From assembly GCA_964464605.1 (NCBI GenBank), contig CAYXJN010000009.1, positions 126,001 to 184,463 of the forward strand: a stretch of DNA of 58,463 bases, in the 5' to 3' direction. The stretch comes from an uncultured Ignavibacteriales bacterium (GTDB taxonomy: Bacteria > Zixibacteria > MSB-5A5 > GN15 > FEB-12). The notes below the pieces were generated by a model. It ran no database searches, had not been told where the DNA came from, and saw only the letters and a program-made list of their open reading frames with translations. The position numbers and the translations under genes were made by a program. The first letter of the stretch is position 1. Each line of letters begins with the position of its first letter. Shown here in pieces: positions 19,153 to 29,006 of the stretch.

Positions 19153-19220
19153 TATTACTATAGAATTATTGTGCAGGGCATAAAACAAACTCCGTTTTAA
19201 AAAAGTGTAATGGGTGGCCT

Positions 19221-19844
19221 ATGAGAATCTTCAAGAAAGTGTGTGCGTCGCTATTAGCTATTGGGCTGTTAGTAGGTGTGTTCTATTTAGGAATTTTATC
19301 CGGTAAAGATAATAAATATGTTGTTTGGTTTGGTATAGCTTCTGCAATTGCGGCTCCTATTGCTTTGTCATTACTTGGCTTCGTCTTCGCAGGCTCGGAA
19401 TCTGAAGTTATCGAGCAGTTAGCAAAGGTTCCAGAAATAGAAAACTTAATACAAAAAGCTAAAACTCACGAAGAAAAAATTAAGCTCTTAGAAAAAGAAC
19501 AATCACGCCTAGCAGAAATTGTTAAGTTAGAGTCACGACATTACGCCGCAAAAGATCGTATTGAAAGTCTAGAACAAGACGCTGTACGCATTTTACAAGA
19601 ACTAGACAATCTTGAACAAGAGCTAGTTTCACTGAATAAGCAGGTTGGGCAAAGTTCTGTTAGTAAAGAAATAAAACGACTTCGAGAACGAGTAAAGGCA
19701 CGTGAAAGTGGCGATGTCTTCTTAAAACTAGGCAAACGTACGTATCGATTCGATCGTGATATTATTAAAGCATTACCATTTGGACTTGGCAATCTTACGC
19801 TTGCTTATCTTAGAATTCTTGAACACATAAGCAAGAGATTTTAA
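19221..19844 (+). CDS. Hypothetical membrane-anchored coiled-coil protein (AT-rich)
   Basis: Two N-terminal TM helices followed by long heptad E/K/L/Q-rich region. Confidence 0.7.
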   Translation: MRIFKKVCASLLAIGLLVGVFYLGILSGKDNKYVVWFGIASAIAAPIALSLLGFVFAGSESEVIEQLAKVPEIENLIQKAKTHEEKIKLLEKEQSRLAEIVKLESRHYAAKDRIESLEQDAVRILQELDNLEQELVSLNKQVGQSSVSKEIKRLRERVKARESGDVFLKLGKRTYRFDRDIIKALPFGLGNLTLAYLRILEHISKRF

Positions 19845-19863
19845 TTAGTAAGATTAACATATG

Positions 19864-20529
19864 TCACCCCACCCAAAACTCAGACGTTAAACCCACCTTC
19901 TTAAAAATCGACCTTGCGAGTTCCGGGGTTTTGCGGGTCCAGTTTGGGTCTAAGTAATACCCGTACCATAACTGCGCCAATTCCCAAACTTGGTTGATCG
20001 GCACTACTTCCCCCTTCTTCATATTGTGACGTTTGCACCAATCATCGATTACTTCTTCTGAAGTAAACACCACCATACACGCACAGGTATACACAACATT
20101 ATCCCAAAACCGTTTCGCCGGAATCGGGAAATGCACGAGCAAATTCGTTTCTTGTACCGCGCCATTTTTAACATGAATAACCAGTGAGTCTTGTTCGCCG
20201 TTTACTTTGGTGTGAATTTCTGTATCAGCCTTTGCCAGCGCCGCAATACCAAGCGCACACCAGATACAGTTCCCCCACCACGTCTTCTCCCCTGATTTCA
20301 CCCAAAACAATGTCGGCGACAGCGCAAACGGATGCGCCACCCAAATATGATGCGTTCCGGGATGCAGCACGATCGCATGATTCTCAGCCAACTGCGTAAG
20401 CCCGGTTTTGATTTCTGCTTCATCAACGGACAATAGCTCCGCTAATTGCAGCGTATTCGGCGCAAATCCCCGCTCGTAAATGAATCTGTTTACCTGATAT
20501 CGGATTTTATCCTGAAGTTCCTGCGGCAT
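19864..20529 (-). CDS. Alkylmercury lyase (MerB)-like protein
   Basis: N-terminal wHTH, AHPFALSPT, WWGNCIWCALG, VVYTCACMVVF, DWCKRH, WELAQLWY. Confidence 0.8.
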   Translation of the reverse strand: MPQELQDKIRYQVNRFIYERGFAPNTLQLAELLSVDEAEIKTGLTQLAENHAIVLHPGTHHIWVAHPFALSPTLFWVKSGEKTWWGNCIWCALGIAALAKADTEIHTKVNGEQDSLVIHVKNGAVQETNLLVHFPIPAKRFWDNVVYTCACMVVFTSEEVIDDWCKRHNMKKGEVVPINQVWELAQLWYGYYLDPNWTRKTPELARSIFKKVGLTSEFWVG

Positions 20530-20612
20530 GAAGAAGAATATAACGGGAAACGAGACCGGTCAAGACTCACCGACCCAAGAAACTTGTCGCATTCCGGTTC
20601 GTATATCTACCT

Positions 20613-21419
20613 ATGCAAGCGCTTAAGTCCGGTATGTTTTTCGGCAGTACCAACAAAGTCACTCGACTAAACGGCGTTACCCTTTCGGCAACCGAGTACA
20701 CCCTTCCCCGTGTCGATTGGCATTATCATGAAAATGCCTACTTCACGTTTCTTGTTACCGGCAAAATGATCGAAGGAAACAAACGGGAAGCGTACCACTG
20801 CTCGCCGGGAACGCTTTTGTTTCATAACTGGCAGGAGCCGCACTATAACATCAAACCGGAGGGCTACACCTTCGGCTTTCATGTCGAAATCCAAAAACAA
20901 TGGTTTGAGCGTTTTTCTTTCGATATTGCAGATGTACAAGGCAGCTTGAATATCATCGACCCGCAAACGACTGCGCTATTCGAAACGATGTACCGGGAAA
21001 CGCAACTGGATGATTCATCTTCACCTGAAACAATTCATGCACTCTTACTAGAATCATTCTTACGAATTTCAGAAAAATCTACTGTTAGAACAAACAAAGC
21101 TCCTGCCTGGGTAAAAAAGGTTAAAAACCTTCTACATGATGCTGCCACCGAAAAAATCACGCTCGATTATCTAGCCGCTGAACTGCAGATTCACCCGGTT
21201 CATATTTGCCGCGATTTCCGCAAGCATTTCGGCTGTACATTTGGCGAATACCTCCGCAAACGACGTATTGAACATGCACTTGCCTTACTCCCGAATAAGT
21301 ATCGTTCATTGACTGATATTGCTTTCGAATGCGGCTTTGCCGACCAAAGCCATTTTATCCGTCGTTTTAAGCAGCTCTGCGGTATCTGCCCCTTGCAGTA
21401 TCGAAAAATGCTGAATTAA
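20613..21419 (+). CDS. AraC family transcriptional regulator
   Basis: Cupin HYHE..; HPVHICRDFRKHFG; IAFECGFADQSHFIRRFK. Confidence 0.95.
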   Translation: MQALKSGMFFGSTNKVTRLNGVTLSATEYTLPRVDWHYHENAYFTFLVTGKMIEGNKREAYHCSPGTLLFHNWQEPHYNIKPEGYTFGFHVEIQKQWFERFSFDIADVQGSLNIIDPQTTALFETMYRETQLDDSSSPETIHALLLESFLRISEKSTVRTNKAPAWVKKVKNLLHDAATEKITLDYLAAELQIHPVHICRDFRKHFGCTFGEYLRKRRIEHALALLPNKYRSLTDIAFECGFADQSHFIRRFKQLCGICPLQYRKMLN

Positions 21420-21491
21420 TCGGCCAGATGTTAATTTTATCCAATTTTCTATCTCGAAGGATGTCTATTTTGAGTCGAAAAAGGAGTACTG

Positions 21492-22598
21492 ATGCATATA
21501 CGAACACTATTTTTTACTATCATGTTGATTGGCTCAATTGTAAACGCTCAAACACCACAACAGCTCAATGATGGGCTACCGGTCGATCAATTAGCCAGCG
21601 CACATATCTCCGCCGACAAACTCAAACAACTCGACAGCGCGATTACTAACAATCAATTCAAGAAAATCACCAGCGTTCTTATCGCCCGTCACGGAAAACT
21701 CGTCTACGAAAAATATTACAACGACACCTCCGACACCACGCACCACAATACCCGCTCTGCCACCAAATCAGTCGCCGGAATGTTAATCGGAATCGCTATC
21801 GACAAGAAATTTATTCCCTCCGAACAATCAACAGTTTTTCAATATTTCAAAGACAAAATGCCGGTGCAAAACCCCGATCCGCGAAAAGAAAAGATCACTA
21901 TTGAAGACCTGCTTACTATGAGTTCTCTCTTAGAGTGCGACGATGACAATTCATACTCACGCGGCAATGAAGAATCGATGTACTTAATCGAAGATTATTT
22001 CCAATTCACACTCAATTTACCTATCCGCGGTTTTCCCGCCTGGACATCGAAACCGGAAAAATCCCCCTATGGCCGCAGTTTCAGCTATTGCACCGCCGGT
22101 GTAACTTTGTTAGGCGGTCTCTTGGAACGAGCCACGAAAATGCCGCTTGCTCAATTCGCGCAAACAAATCTCTTCGGACCACTCGGCATTTCCGGCGAAG
22201 AATGGCAGATAATCCCGACCGGCACACCAATGACCGGCGGCGGATTAGGGCTTAAAAGCCGCGATCTGCTGAAACTGATGCTGTTGTATCAAAACGGCGG
22301 CGTATGGAATGGAAAACAGATTATTTCAAAATCATGGGTTGAAAAATCAATTGCTCCGCACGCAAACGCACGAGAAAACACCGATTATGGCTATCTGTTC
22401 TGGTTGGAATCTTTCGGACAAGAAAACAATATGCATCCTGCTTTTTACATGGCCGGAAACGGCGGGAATAAAGTCGTCGTGATTCCTGATCTTGATTTAG
22501 TGATTGTAACAACAAGCACGAACTTCAACACCCAAGGAATGCACACGCAAACGCAAAAGATTATCTCTGATTACATCATTCCGGCTGTGGGGAAATAA
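21492..22598 (+). CDS. Secreted serine hydrolase, beta-lactamase/AmpC-like (NylB-type) family
   Basis: Signal peptide; SATK (SxxK), ITIEDLLTMSS, FSYCT, YGYLFW, AGNGGN. Confidence 0.9.
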   Translation: MHIRTLFFTIMLIGSIVNAQTPQQLNDGLPVDQLASAHISADKLKQLDSAITNNQFKKITSVLIARHGKLVYEKYYNDTSDTTHHNTRSATKSVAGMLIGIAIDKKFIPSEQSTVFQYFKDKMPVQNPDPRKEKITIEDLLTMSSLLECDDDNSYSRGNEESMYLIEDYFQFTLNLPIRGFPAWTSKPEKSPYGRSFSYCTAGVTLLGGLLERATKMPLAQFAQTNLFGPLGISGEEWQIIPTGTPMTGGGLGLKSRDLLKLMLLYQNGGVWNGKQIISKSWVEKSIAPHANARENTDYGYLFWLESFGQENNMHPAFYMAGNGGNKVVVIPDLDLVIVTTSTNFNTQGMHTQTQKIISDYIIPAVGK

Positions 22599-22621
22599 TT
22601 GCGAAAGGGAAAAGAGCGTTA

Positions 22622-23260
22622 CTACGCAGAAGCTTCTTTGACGACTTTGCCGATAGCCTGTTCGTAATTGATAGTGTGGCTTCCTTTACGAACGATAATG
22701 AACAAACATTCGCTGCCGGTTGATGCAAAATACAACCGGTCCGGTTGCACTTCGTACACACCCCGCTCACGGGTCATCGGCTCACCCGGCAACTGTGTAA
22801 ACACTTCGATTAGATCACGAAGATTTTTGAAAATCGGAGAGAATATTTTTTTGAATTCATCGGAATGATTGGCGTTAACAAAATTCCCCTTGGTATCCAG
22901 CTTGTAGATTTTCTCAATACCGGGCATCGACGCCAACTGATCAAACAGCGTGAGCCCTTCCCACTGCTGTTGCAGTTTTTCTTTAAAACCAAGTGCGGCG
23001 ACAAAAGTCTGCTGCTCGATAATAGCCGACACTTCGCTGTGCTGACGGCGCATGACTTCTTCCATCTTGCGCTGTTCCTCGAACGATTCAATCGGATTAT
23101 CGAGTTTCTTTTCAATTTTATGAAGAACTTGCCCGCTGGTTGACACCGTGGTTGTTATACGGGGGTACGGACGATACGCATATTCGGTCTGAATCTGTAT
23201 CCCTGCGTTCCCCTTTTTTACCAATGATGTCCGGCCAACCGGAATAAACGCTGTCGTCAT
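22622..23260 (-). CDS. Hypothetical protein; C-terminal half possibly Roadblock/longin-like
   Basis: 212-aa ORF downstream of nrdJ; LASMPGIEKIYKLDTKGNFV resembles a Roadblock start. Confidence 0.65.
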   Translation of the reverse strand: MTTAFIPVGRTSLVKKGNAGIQIQTEYAYRPYPRITTTVSTSGQVLHKIEKKLDNPIESFEEQRKMEEVMRRQHSEVSAIIEQQTFVAALGFKEKLQQQWEGLTLFDQLASMPGIEKIYKLDTKGNFVNANHSDEFKKIFSPIFKNLRDLIEVFTQLPGEPMTRERGVYEVQPDRLYFASTGSECLFIIVRKGSHTINYEQAIGKVVKEASA

Positions 23261-23328
23261 GCTTTTCTGTGCCTGTACCTGTAACGTTCCTTATGCCTAT
23301 TTGTCCCTTCATCTTATTATCGGCACAG

Positions 23329-25569
23329 TTAACAGCTGGAATAACCGCAAGATGGACAGGAAAAGCAACCCGATTCAAACCGCATAGCCCCGGAACACCC
23401 CGGACAGACTTCGTCTGTTTTATTAGGAGAGTGTTCAGTAGAATTTCCGAAATGCCTGTTCAAAATTTGCGCAATGGCATCAGGAATAGAGAAAATCCGT
23501 GCCCCTCCTGAGAATGTCTGACTGGCCCCACCAATACCGCGTAGCTGGTCGATAACGTGCTGAATATCTACCCCGCTGCGAAGGGAAAGAGAAATCAGGC
23601 GGCAGATCGCCTCTGTATCGGCCATAGTCGTATAGCCGGACTTACCGATATGGGCGAAGACTTCAAACGGACGGCCATCTTTGACATTGATAGTAACGTA
23701 CAAATTGCCGTACCCGGTCTTAATTTTCTCGGTTATACCGTTTAATACCGGCGGACGTTCATCCACTTTCCCGGTTTGTGCAGTAACGGCTGGTTTAGTC
23801 TGTACAGTTGAAAGTACCTGATTCGGGCGGGAATTGTCCCGGTAAATCGTGACTCCTTTGCAACCGAGCTGATACGCCGTCAAAAATGCCTTACGGACCT
23901 CTTCCTGCGTTGCCGTTTCCGGAAAGTTGATAGTTTTCGAGACGGATGAATCGGAATGTTTTTGAAACACCGCCTGCATACGAATATGCTCTTCCGGCGA
24001 AATATCCGCCGCCGTTAAAAACAACGCGCGGAGTTCTTCCGGTACTTCAGTGATATCATACAAAGACCGTTTCGCCGCGATTCGCTGAAGCAATCTTTCG
24101 CTATAGTTGCCGCTTTTCTTCATAAGACTTTCGAAAGTAGGATTAACTTCCAGCATACGGGTACCGTCCATGACATTTCGTTCATACACGATGGAATAAA
24201 ACGGCTCAATCCCCGAGGAACATCCTGCGATAATCGAAATCGTTCCGGTCGGCGCAATAGTGGTAACGGTCGCGTTGCGCATCGCTACATTTTCACGGGC
24301 ATAAATCGATTTATCCCAATTCGGAAACTTGCCTCGTTTGGCCACCAACTCGGATGAATGCGCCCGAGCTTCCGTTTCGATAAAGGTCATTAACTCTTCC
24401 GCCAACGCAAACGCCGGCTCGCTGTTGTAGGGTAATCCGAGTTTGACCAGCATATCCGCCCAGCCCATCACACCGAGTCCTATTCGACGATTCTTTTTTG
24501 TCTGCGCTTCTATCTGCGGAAGCGGGTACTGATTTTGATCGATAACATTGTCTAAAAAATGCACCGCCAAACGAACCGTTTCACCTAATCGACCCCAATC
24601 TACACCGTTGGATGGTTGTGATGGCGTATAGTTTTCCGGCAATGATTCCAACACAAACAGACCGACATTGATTGAGCCAAGATTGCATGAATCATACGGT
24701 GGCAAGGGCTGTTCTCCGCAGGGATTAGTCGCTTCGATAGTCTCATACGGAAACGTCGGATTCTTTTGATTCATCCGGTCGATAAACACGATTCCCGGCT
24801 CACCGGTACGCCATGCCCGATCGACAATCAGATCGAATACGTCACGGGCTTTGTGTACAGCATCTTTGCCATCCCGCTGAAACACCCGGTTGGTGCGCGG
24901 ATCGATTAATTCATATGTAGTATTTTGCTCTAATGCCTGCATGAAGGTATCCGTGATTGCGACTGAGATATTGAAATTGGTGACCTGTGAAGTATCATCT
25001 TTACAGGAGATGAATTCTAAAATATCGGGGTGATCAACGCGCAGAATTCCCATATTCGCGCCGCGCCGTGTTCCACCCTGTTTTACCGCTTCCGTAGAAG
25101 CATTATAGACTTTCATGAATGAGACCGGGCCGGAGGCAACACCCGATGTCGATGCGACTATCGAATTACGCGGACGTAAACGGGAGAATGAAAACCCGGT
25201 GCCACCGCCCGATTTATGAATCAACGCAGCGTGTTTGTTTGTCTCGAAAATTTCATCCATCGAATCCCCGACCGGAAGCACAAAACAGGCGGACAATTGT
25301 CCGAGTGGCCGTCCGGCGTTCATGAGCGTAGGAGAATTCGGTAAAAATTCCAAACGGGACATTGCGGTGTAAAACCGGTGCGCGGTTTCGGCGATACGTT
25401 CATCATTGACACCGTATTGTTTATCCCCTTCGGCAATGAACCGGGCTACCCGTAAAAACAGCTCTTTCGGGCTTTCAATAGTTCGCCCTTCGTTATCTTT
25501 ACTTAAATACCGCCGCTTAAGCACAGTTAGGGCGTTGGGGGATAATTCGATATCGGGATAATGCCGCAC
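23329..25569 (-). CDS. nrdJ: Vitamin B12-dependent class II ribonucleotide reductase with C-terminal TSCPD domain
   Basis: FLPNSPTLMNAG, LSACFV, GGGTG, QGGTRRGANM, ATNPCGEQ, TIAPTGTIS, KGVTIYRD, PDAIA, C-terminal CxxC..CxxC..C; GTG start with AAGGAG. Confidence 0.95.
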   Translation of the reverse strand: MRHYPDIELSPNALTVLKRRYLSKDNEGRTIESPKELFLRVARFIAEGDKQYGVNDERIAETAHRFYTAMSRLEFLPNSPTLMNAGRPLGQLSACFVLPVGDSMDEIFETNKHAALIHKSGGGTGFSFSRLRPRNSIVASTSGVASGPVSFMKVYNASTEAVKQGGTRRGANMGILRVDHPDILEFISCKDDTSQVTNFNISVAITDTFMQALEQNTTYELIDPRTNRVFQRDGKDAVHKARDVFDLIVDRAWRTGEPGIVFIDRMNQKNPTFPYETIEATNPCGEQPLPPYDSCNLGSINVGLFVLESLPENYTPSQPSNGVDWGRLGETVRLAVHFLDNVIDQNQYPLPQIEAQTKKNRRIGLGVMGWADMLVKLGLPYNSEPAFALAEELMTFIETEARAHSSELVAKRGKFPNWDKSIYARENVAMRNATVTTIAPTGTISIIAGCSSGIEPFYSIVYERNVMDGTRMLEVNPTFESLMKKSGNYSERLLQRIAAKRSLYDITEVPEELRALFLTAADISPEEHIRMQAVFQKHSDSSVSKTINFPETATQEEVRKAFLTAYQLGCKGVTIYRDNSRPNQVLSTVQTKPAVTAQTGKVDERPPVLNGITEKIKTGYGNLYVTINVKDGRPFEVFAHIGKSGYTTMADTEAICRLISLSLRSGVDIQHVIDQLRGIGGASQTFSGGARIFSIPDAIAQILNRHFGNSTEHSPNKTDEVCPGCSGAMRFESGCFSCPSCGYSSC

Positions 25570-25679
25570 AAAAACTCCTTCGTAAGTAATATCGGCCTGT
25601 TCGCCGGTTTTGTCTCCCCCTCTTTTATAAACAGGAAAACCGGAAAACGTGATATCACATTAACAAAGAATCTTGGCGA

Positions 25680-26816
25680 TCAGTTCTTGGGCGGGCGGAG
25701 AATACGCTTAATTCGCTGAAGTATCGGCACTTTGGCCAGGCGGCGCTTGGTTGACTCAATTAAAAACAAAAACCTCCCCAAAGCAGTCGGATTATAGAAC
25801 GTAAAATTGTAATAGGTCCAGTGCGGCATTTGCCAGTTGCGGTGCCAGTTCATATCGCTCAGCCAATTGACTGCGGTAATGCTCTCATCGGCAAAACAAC
25901 GACGATTCAATTGATCAATAATGATATTGCCGGGTGCATAATCCGAAAACGATTCATCATATCCCATCTTCATCACCGTAACAACATCACCAATTCGTGT
26001 CGCGCAGTGCCCAGCCATCGCTTTGTCACTCTGATACAAAAAGTGCCATTCTAAAATACCGAGTTCATGCAAATGACTGACCATGTGCGTATAGAACGCA
26101 ATCAACCGCTCACTGGAACCGATGGCGGATTTTTCTTTTCCCTTCCAACCGGCGCTTTCAACCTGTACAAACTGTTCAAGCAGCAATTGTGGATTTTCGG
26201 AATGACTGACAATTTCAAAACGGACATCCGGAAGCGTATCCATTTTCTTTTTCCGTCGGCGAAGGTTTGACGAAAAATTACTGCTCAACGTTTTCAGATA
26301 TTCTTCGTAAGAACCGACCGTCGGTTGATACGCTCCGACACCGTCGATTTTAGTAATCGCAGGAAACGACATGTTGTTTTGCCCCGCGAATTGCACGGTC
26401 GGCGATTGCTCGGGAATCCGATTCAGTTGAAACAATGTCCAGTCAGGAACGACGCGTGAAAGCGAGGATAAAAGAAAGGTTCGAATAGGTTCCGCGTTAT
26501 CGGGAATCGTGATAAAATCATACGAATAGCTGTGCGAATGCCGTAGTCCACGGACGACAGTCACCGTCATTCCTGATACTCTCTGCTTCAAAATCTCAAC
26601 CGGCAGCACACCGACAAGCCGATCTCCGTCATACGCGAACAAACAGGCCCAACTCGCACCCTGGGTTAACAGATACTCGATATGCCCGGCTGTCCAGCCA
26701 TACGTGAGAAACGGGATTTTTTGCGGCTGTAAAAGCGCCAGTGTATCCCATTGTTTCGCATGGGGAAGTAAATCTGCAGGTGATTGAGCTGTCTCCAGCC
26801 GAAAATTAGTAGACAT
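25680..26816 (-). CDS. GNAT family N-acetyltransferase (CelD/BcsL-like)
   Basis: RLVGVLPV, SYEEYLKTLSSNFSSNLRRR, ESAGWKG, KMGYDESFSDYAPG. Confidence 0.85.
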   Translation of the reverse strand: MSTNFRLETAQSPADLLPHAKQWDTLALLQPQKIPFLTYGWTAGHIEYLLTQGASWACLFAYDGDRLVGVLPVEILKQRVSGMTVTVVRGLRHSHSYSYDFITIPDNAEPIRTFLLSSLSRVVPDWTLFQLNRIPEQSPTVQFAGQNNMSFPAITKIDGVGAYQPTVGSYEEYLKTLSSNFSSNLRRRKKKMDTLPDVRFEIVSHSENPQLLLEQFVQVESAGWKGKEKSAIGSSERLIAFYTHMVSHLHELGILEWHFLYQSDKAMAGHCATRIGDVVTVMKMGYDESFSDYAPGNIIIDQLNRRCFADESITAVNWLSDMNWHRNWQMPHWTYYNFTFYNPTALGRFLFLIESTKRRLAKVPILQRIKRILRPPKN

Positions 26817-26872
26817 AGTTTCAGTATCGGAAAAACTGTCAGTTGATAGCGTAAAAAAATCAGGCGGGGCGA

Positions 26873-28288
26873 TTACAATTCACCCAGTTCATAAATCATC
26901 ATGAAATTGGTCGGGGCTGTCGAGCCAAAGGGAACGCCGCCGGTTACAATAACCCGGTCACCACCCTGCGCTAACCGCCGTTTTCGGCTGACTGTTTCCA
27001 CAATCCGCACCATATCATCGAATGCTCCTGGCTGCTTGATCAGTACCGAATAAACTGAACGAAACAGTGAAAGCCGCCCCATGACACTTTTATCGGTAGT
27101 GAGCGCAACCACCGGCTGCGGCGGATACAGATTCGAAATCATCTGGGCCGTAAATCCGGAAGTTGTAAAGGCAAAAATCAATTTGGTCGGACAGGATAGA
27201 TGGGAATGACTGACCGCATCGGCAATCGCTATCGGAATAGCAGAACCAAGCACTAACTGATCCATCTCCGGTGTAGGTGGATCGCTAATTGCCTCGGTTG
27301 CTTCGATTACTTTAGTCATCGTCTGGACCGCTTCCACCGGATACTGGCCGGAGGCAGTCTCCGCCGATAGCATGACCACATCCACGAATTCTTTCACTGC
27401 TCCGGCCACGTCGGTCACTTCCGCCCGGGTCGGTCGCGGAGAGAACCGCATCGATTCCAGCATCTGTGTTGCCACGATAACCGGCTTATGATGTCTTCGC
27501 GCTAATCGAATAATCTGTGTTTGCAATCTCGGTAATTCTTCAAACGGCAGTTCAACGCCTAAGTCGCCGCGGGCAATCATGACGCCGTCGGAAAAGAGCA
27601 TGATCTCTTCGAGGTTGTTAATCGCTTCCCGTTTTTCCAGTTTGGCGATAATCCGCTGTTTCCCATTCAGTCGTTTGAGAATCCGCCGGGCCTCAATGAT
27701 ATCATCCCCGGTCCGTACAAAGGAAAGAGCGATAAAATCTGCCCCGTATTCCACCGCCGTTGCGATATCCTGTTTATCTTTCGCTGAAATCGTCGGAATC
27801 TGTACCTGGCTGTCCGGAAGATTAATCCCCTTCCCGGGCAAAACGGTACCGCTGTTGATTGCTTTAATCACTGCGCGTTGCCCGTCGGTCTGAACAACTT
27901 CGAAGCGAATACCGCCGTCATCTATGAAAAACCGCTCCCCTTTTCGAAGCGAAGAAATAATCCCCTTATGGTTCACCGCCACAATCCGTTTATCGATTTG
28001 GGATTTGCCTGAGGTAAGAGTCATCTTCTCCCCGGCCTTAACCGCAAACTCACCGATAAACCGATCGAGCCTCAGTTTAGGACCGCTGATGTCGAAAAGG
28101 AGACCAACCGGGTAATGATGCTCGTCGGTCGCTTTCCGAATCAGCTTGGCAGCCCGGACTAAGTCCTCAGTCGAGCCATGTGAGCAGTTGATCCGGAACG
28201 CATCGACCCCCGCGGCCACGAGCTGCCGAATCTTAGAAGCCGAGCTTATGGAGGGGCCGTAGGTCGCTAAAATCTTGGTTTTTTTCAT
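26873..28288 (-). CDS. pyk: Pyruvate kinase
   Basis: KTKILATYGP, RINCSHG, GKGINLP, IAKLE, MIARGDLGVE, ATQMLESM, PTRAE, LSAETA. Confidence 0.98.
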   Translation of the reverse strand: MKKTKILATYGPSISSASKIRQLVAAGVDAFRINCSHGSTEDLVRAAKLIRKATDEHHYPVGLLFDISGPKLRLDRFIGEFAVKAGEKMTLTSGKSQIDKRIVAVNHKGIISSLRKGERFFIDDGGIRFEVVQTDGQRAVIKAINSGTVLPGKGINLPDSQVQIPTISAKDKQDIATAVEYGADFIALSFVRTGDDIIEARRILKRLNGKQRIIAKLEKREAINNLEEIMLFSDGVMIARGDLGVELPFEELPRLQTQIIRLARRHHKPVIVATQMLESMRFSPRPTRAEVTDVAGAVKEFVDVVMLSAETASGQYPVEAVQTMTKVIEATEAISDPPTPEMDQLVLGSAIPIAIADAVSHSHLSCPTKLIFAFTTSGFTAQMISNLYPPQPVVALTTDKSVMGRLSLFRSVYSVLIKQPGAFDDMVRIVETVSRKRRLAQGGDRVIVTGGVPFGSTAPTNFMMIYELGEL

Positions 28289-28451
28289 GATGCCGGAAAA
28301 AGCCGAAAATCAGCCCAAAATCAACTAAAACCCCTCGCAAAACTACCGGAAAAGCGCAGTGGACTGAAAGCAGGGTGGTTAGTTATCTTATTGTACCGCT
28401 TTATAGTACATGCAGTCTCTCGGTTACTCCGTGAAAAAATTCACAGCCCCT

Positions 28452-28480
28452 TTGCCTTTCCCGAATGAATTGCGTATAAT
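28452..28480 (+). promoter_or_regulatory. Sigma70 promoter
   Basis: TTGCCT-N17-TATAAT upstream of the response regulator. Confidence 0.7.
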
Positions 28481-28565
28481 AGGGGCATACACCTGAGTTA
28501 AGGATATTTCGGAGAGGGACTCGGGTTCAAATCGTAAGGAAGATAAGGACTGGATGGAATTACCC

Positions 28566-28937
28566 ATGAAAAAGAGAGTTATTATAGCCGCCAATAATAT
28601 GATTTTCACCTCCAAGATAATGACCCTTTTGGACGGCATGGCGGCTGAGGGAATCAAGGCGATCCGATCGGATGATATCTTCTCCAAGGCCCAGGAAATG
28701 CGCCCGGATTTGATCATCATCGACCTGAACTTAAACGGTATTGAAGCCCCTTCCCTGATTAACAAACTCCGCTCTTATGGAGCTACAAAGGGGATTCCGA
28801 TTGTCTGCTATTCCCCGCATATCATGAAAGACGAGATGGATGCTGCCAAGTTGGCCGGCGCGACGGAAGTGTTTCCGAATTCCAAAATGTCCTCGCGCAT
28901 GCACCAGATTCTGGATAAATACGTCGGCTTAAACTAA
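28566..28937 (+). CDS. Single-domain response regulator with degenerate acidic pocket
   Basis: PDLIIIDLNL, IPIVCYS, AKLAGA; beta1 reads IIAANN rather than xxDD (ORF track starts 28554). Confidence 0.8.
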   Translation: MKKRVIIAANNMIFTSKIMTLLDGMAAEGIKAIRSDDIFSKAQEMRPDLIIIDLNLNGIEAPSLINKLRSYGATKGIPIVCYSPHIMKDEMDAAKLAGATEVFPNSKMSSRMHQILDKYVGLN

Positions 28938-28961
28938 ATCCGATTTTCTTACGACTTTACC

Positions 28962-29001
28962 AACGCGCAGCTTGCGAAACCAGGCGGCGCGTTTTTCTTT
29001 T
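28962..29001 (+). terminator. Intrinsic terminator candidate
   Basis: AACGCGC...GCGCGTT stem followed by TTTCTTTT. Confidence 0.55.
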
Positions 29002-29006
29002 CCCCA

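Noticed and set aside
21492..22598. Bona fide beta-lactamase resistance gene
   Set aside because: Has SxxK but YCT instead of YxN and no KTG; better treated as a general serine hydrolase.
23329..25569. Intein, intron or cobalamin riboswitch associated with nrdJ
   Set aside because: Length and motif spacing are continuous for class II RNR; the 110-nt upstream gap shows no B12-box.
28481..28535. tRNA/tmRNA fragment (GGACTCGGGTTCAAATC)
   Set aside because: T-loop-like text is present but the 3' T-stem and acceptor strand are missing.
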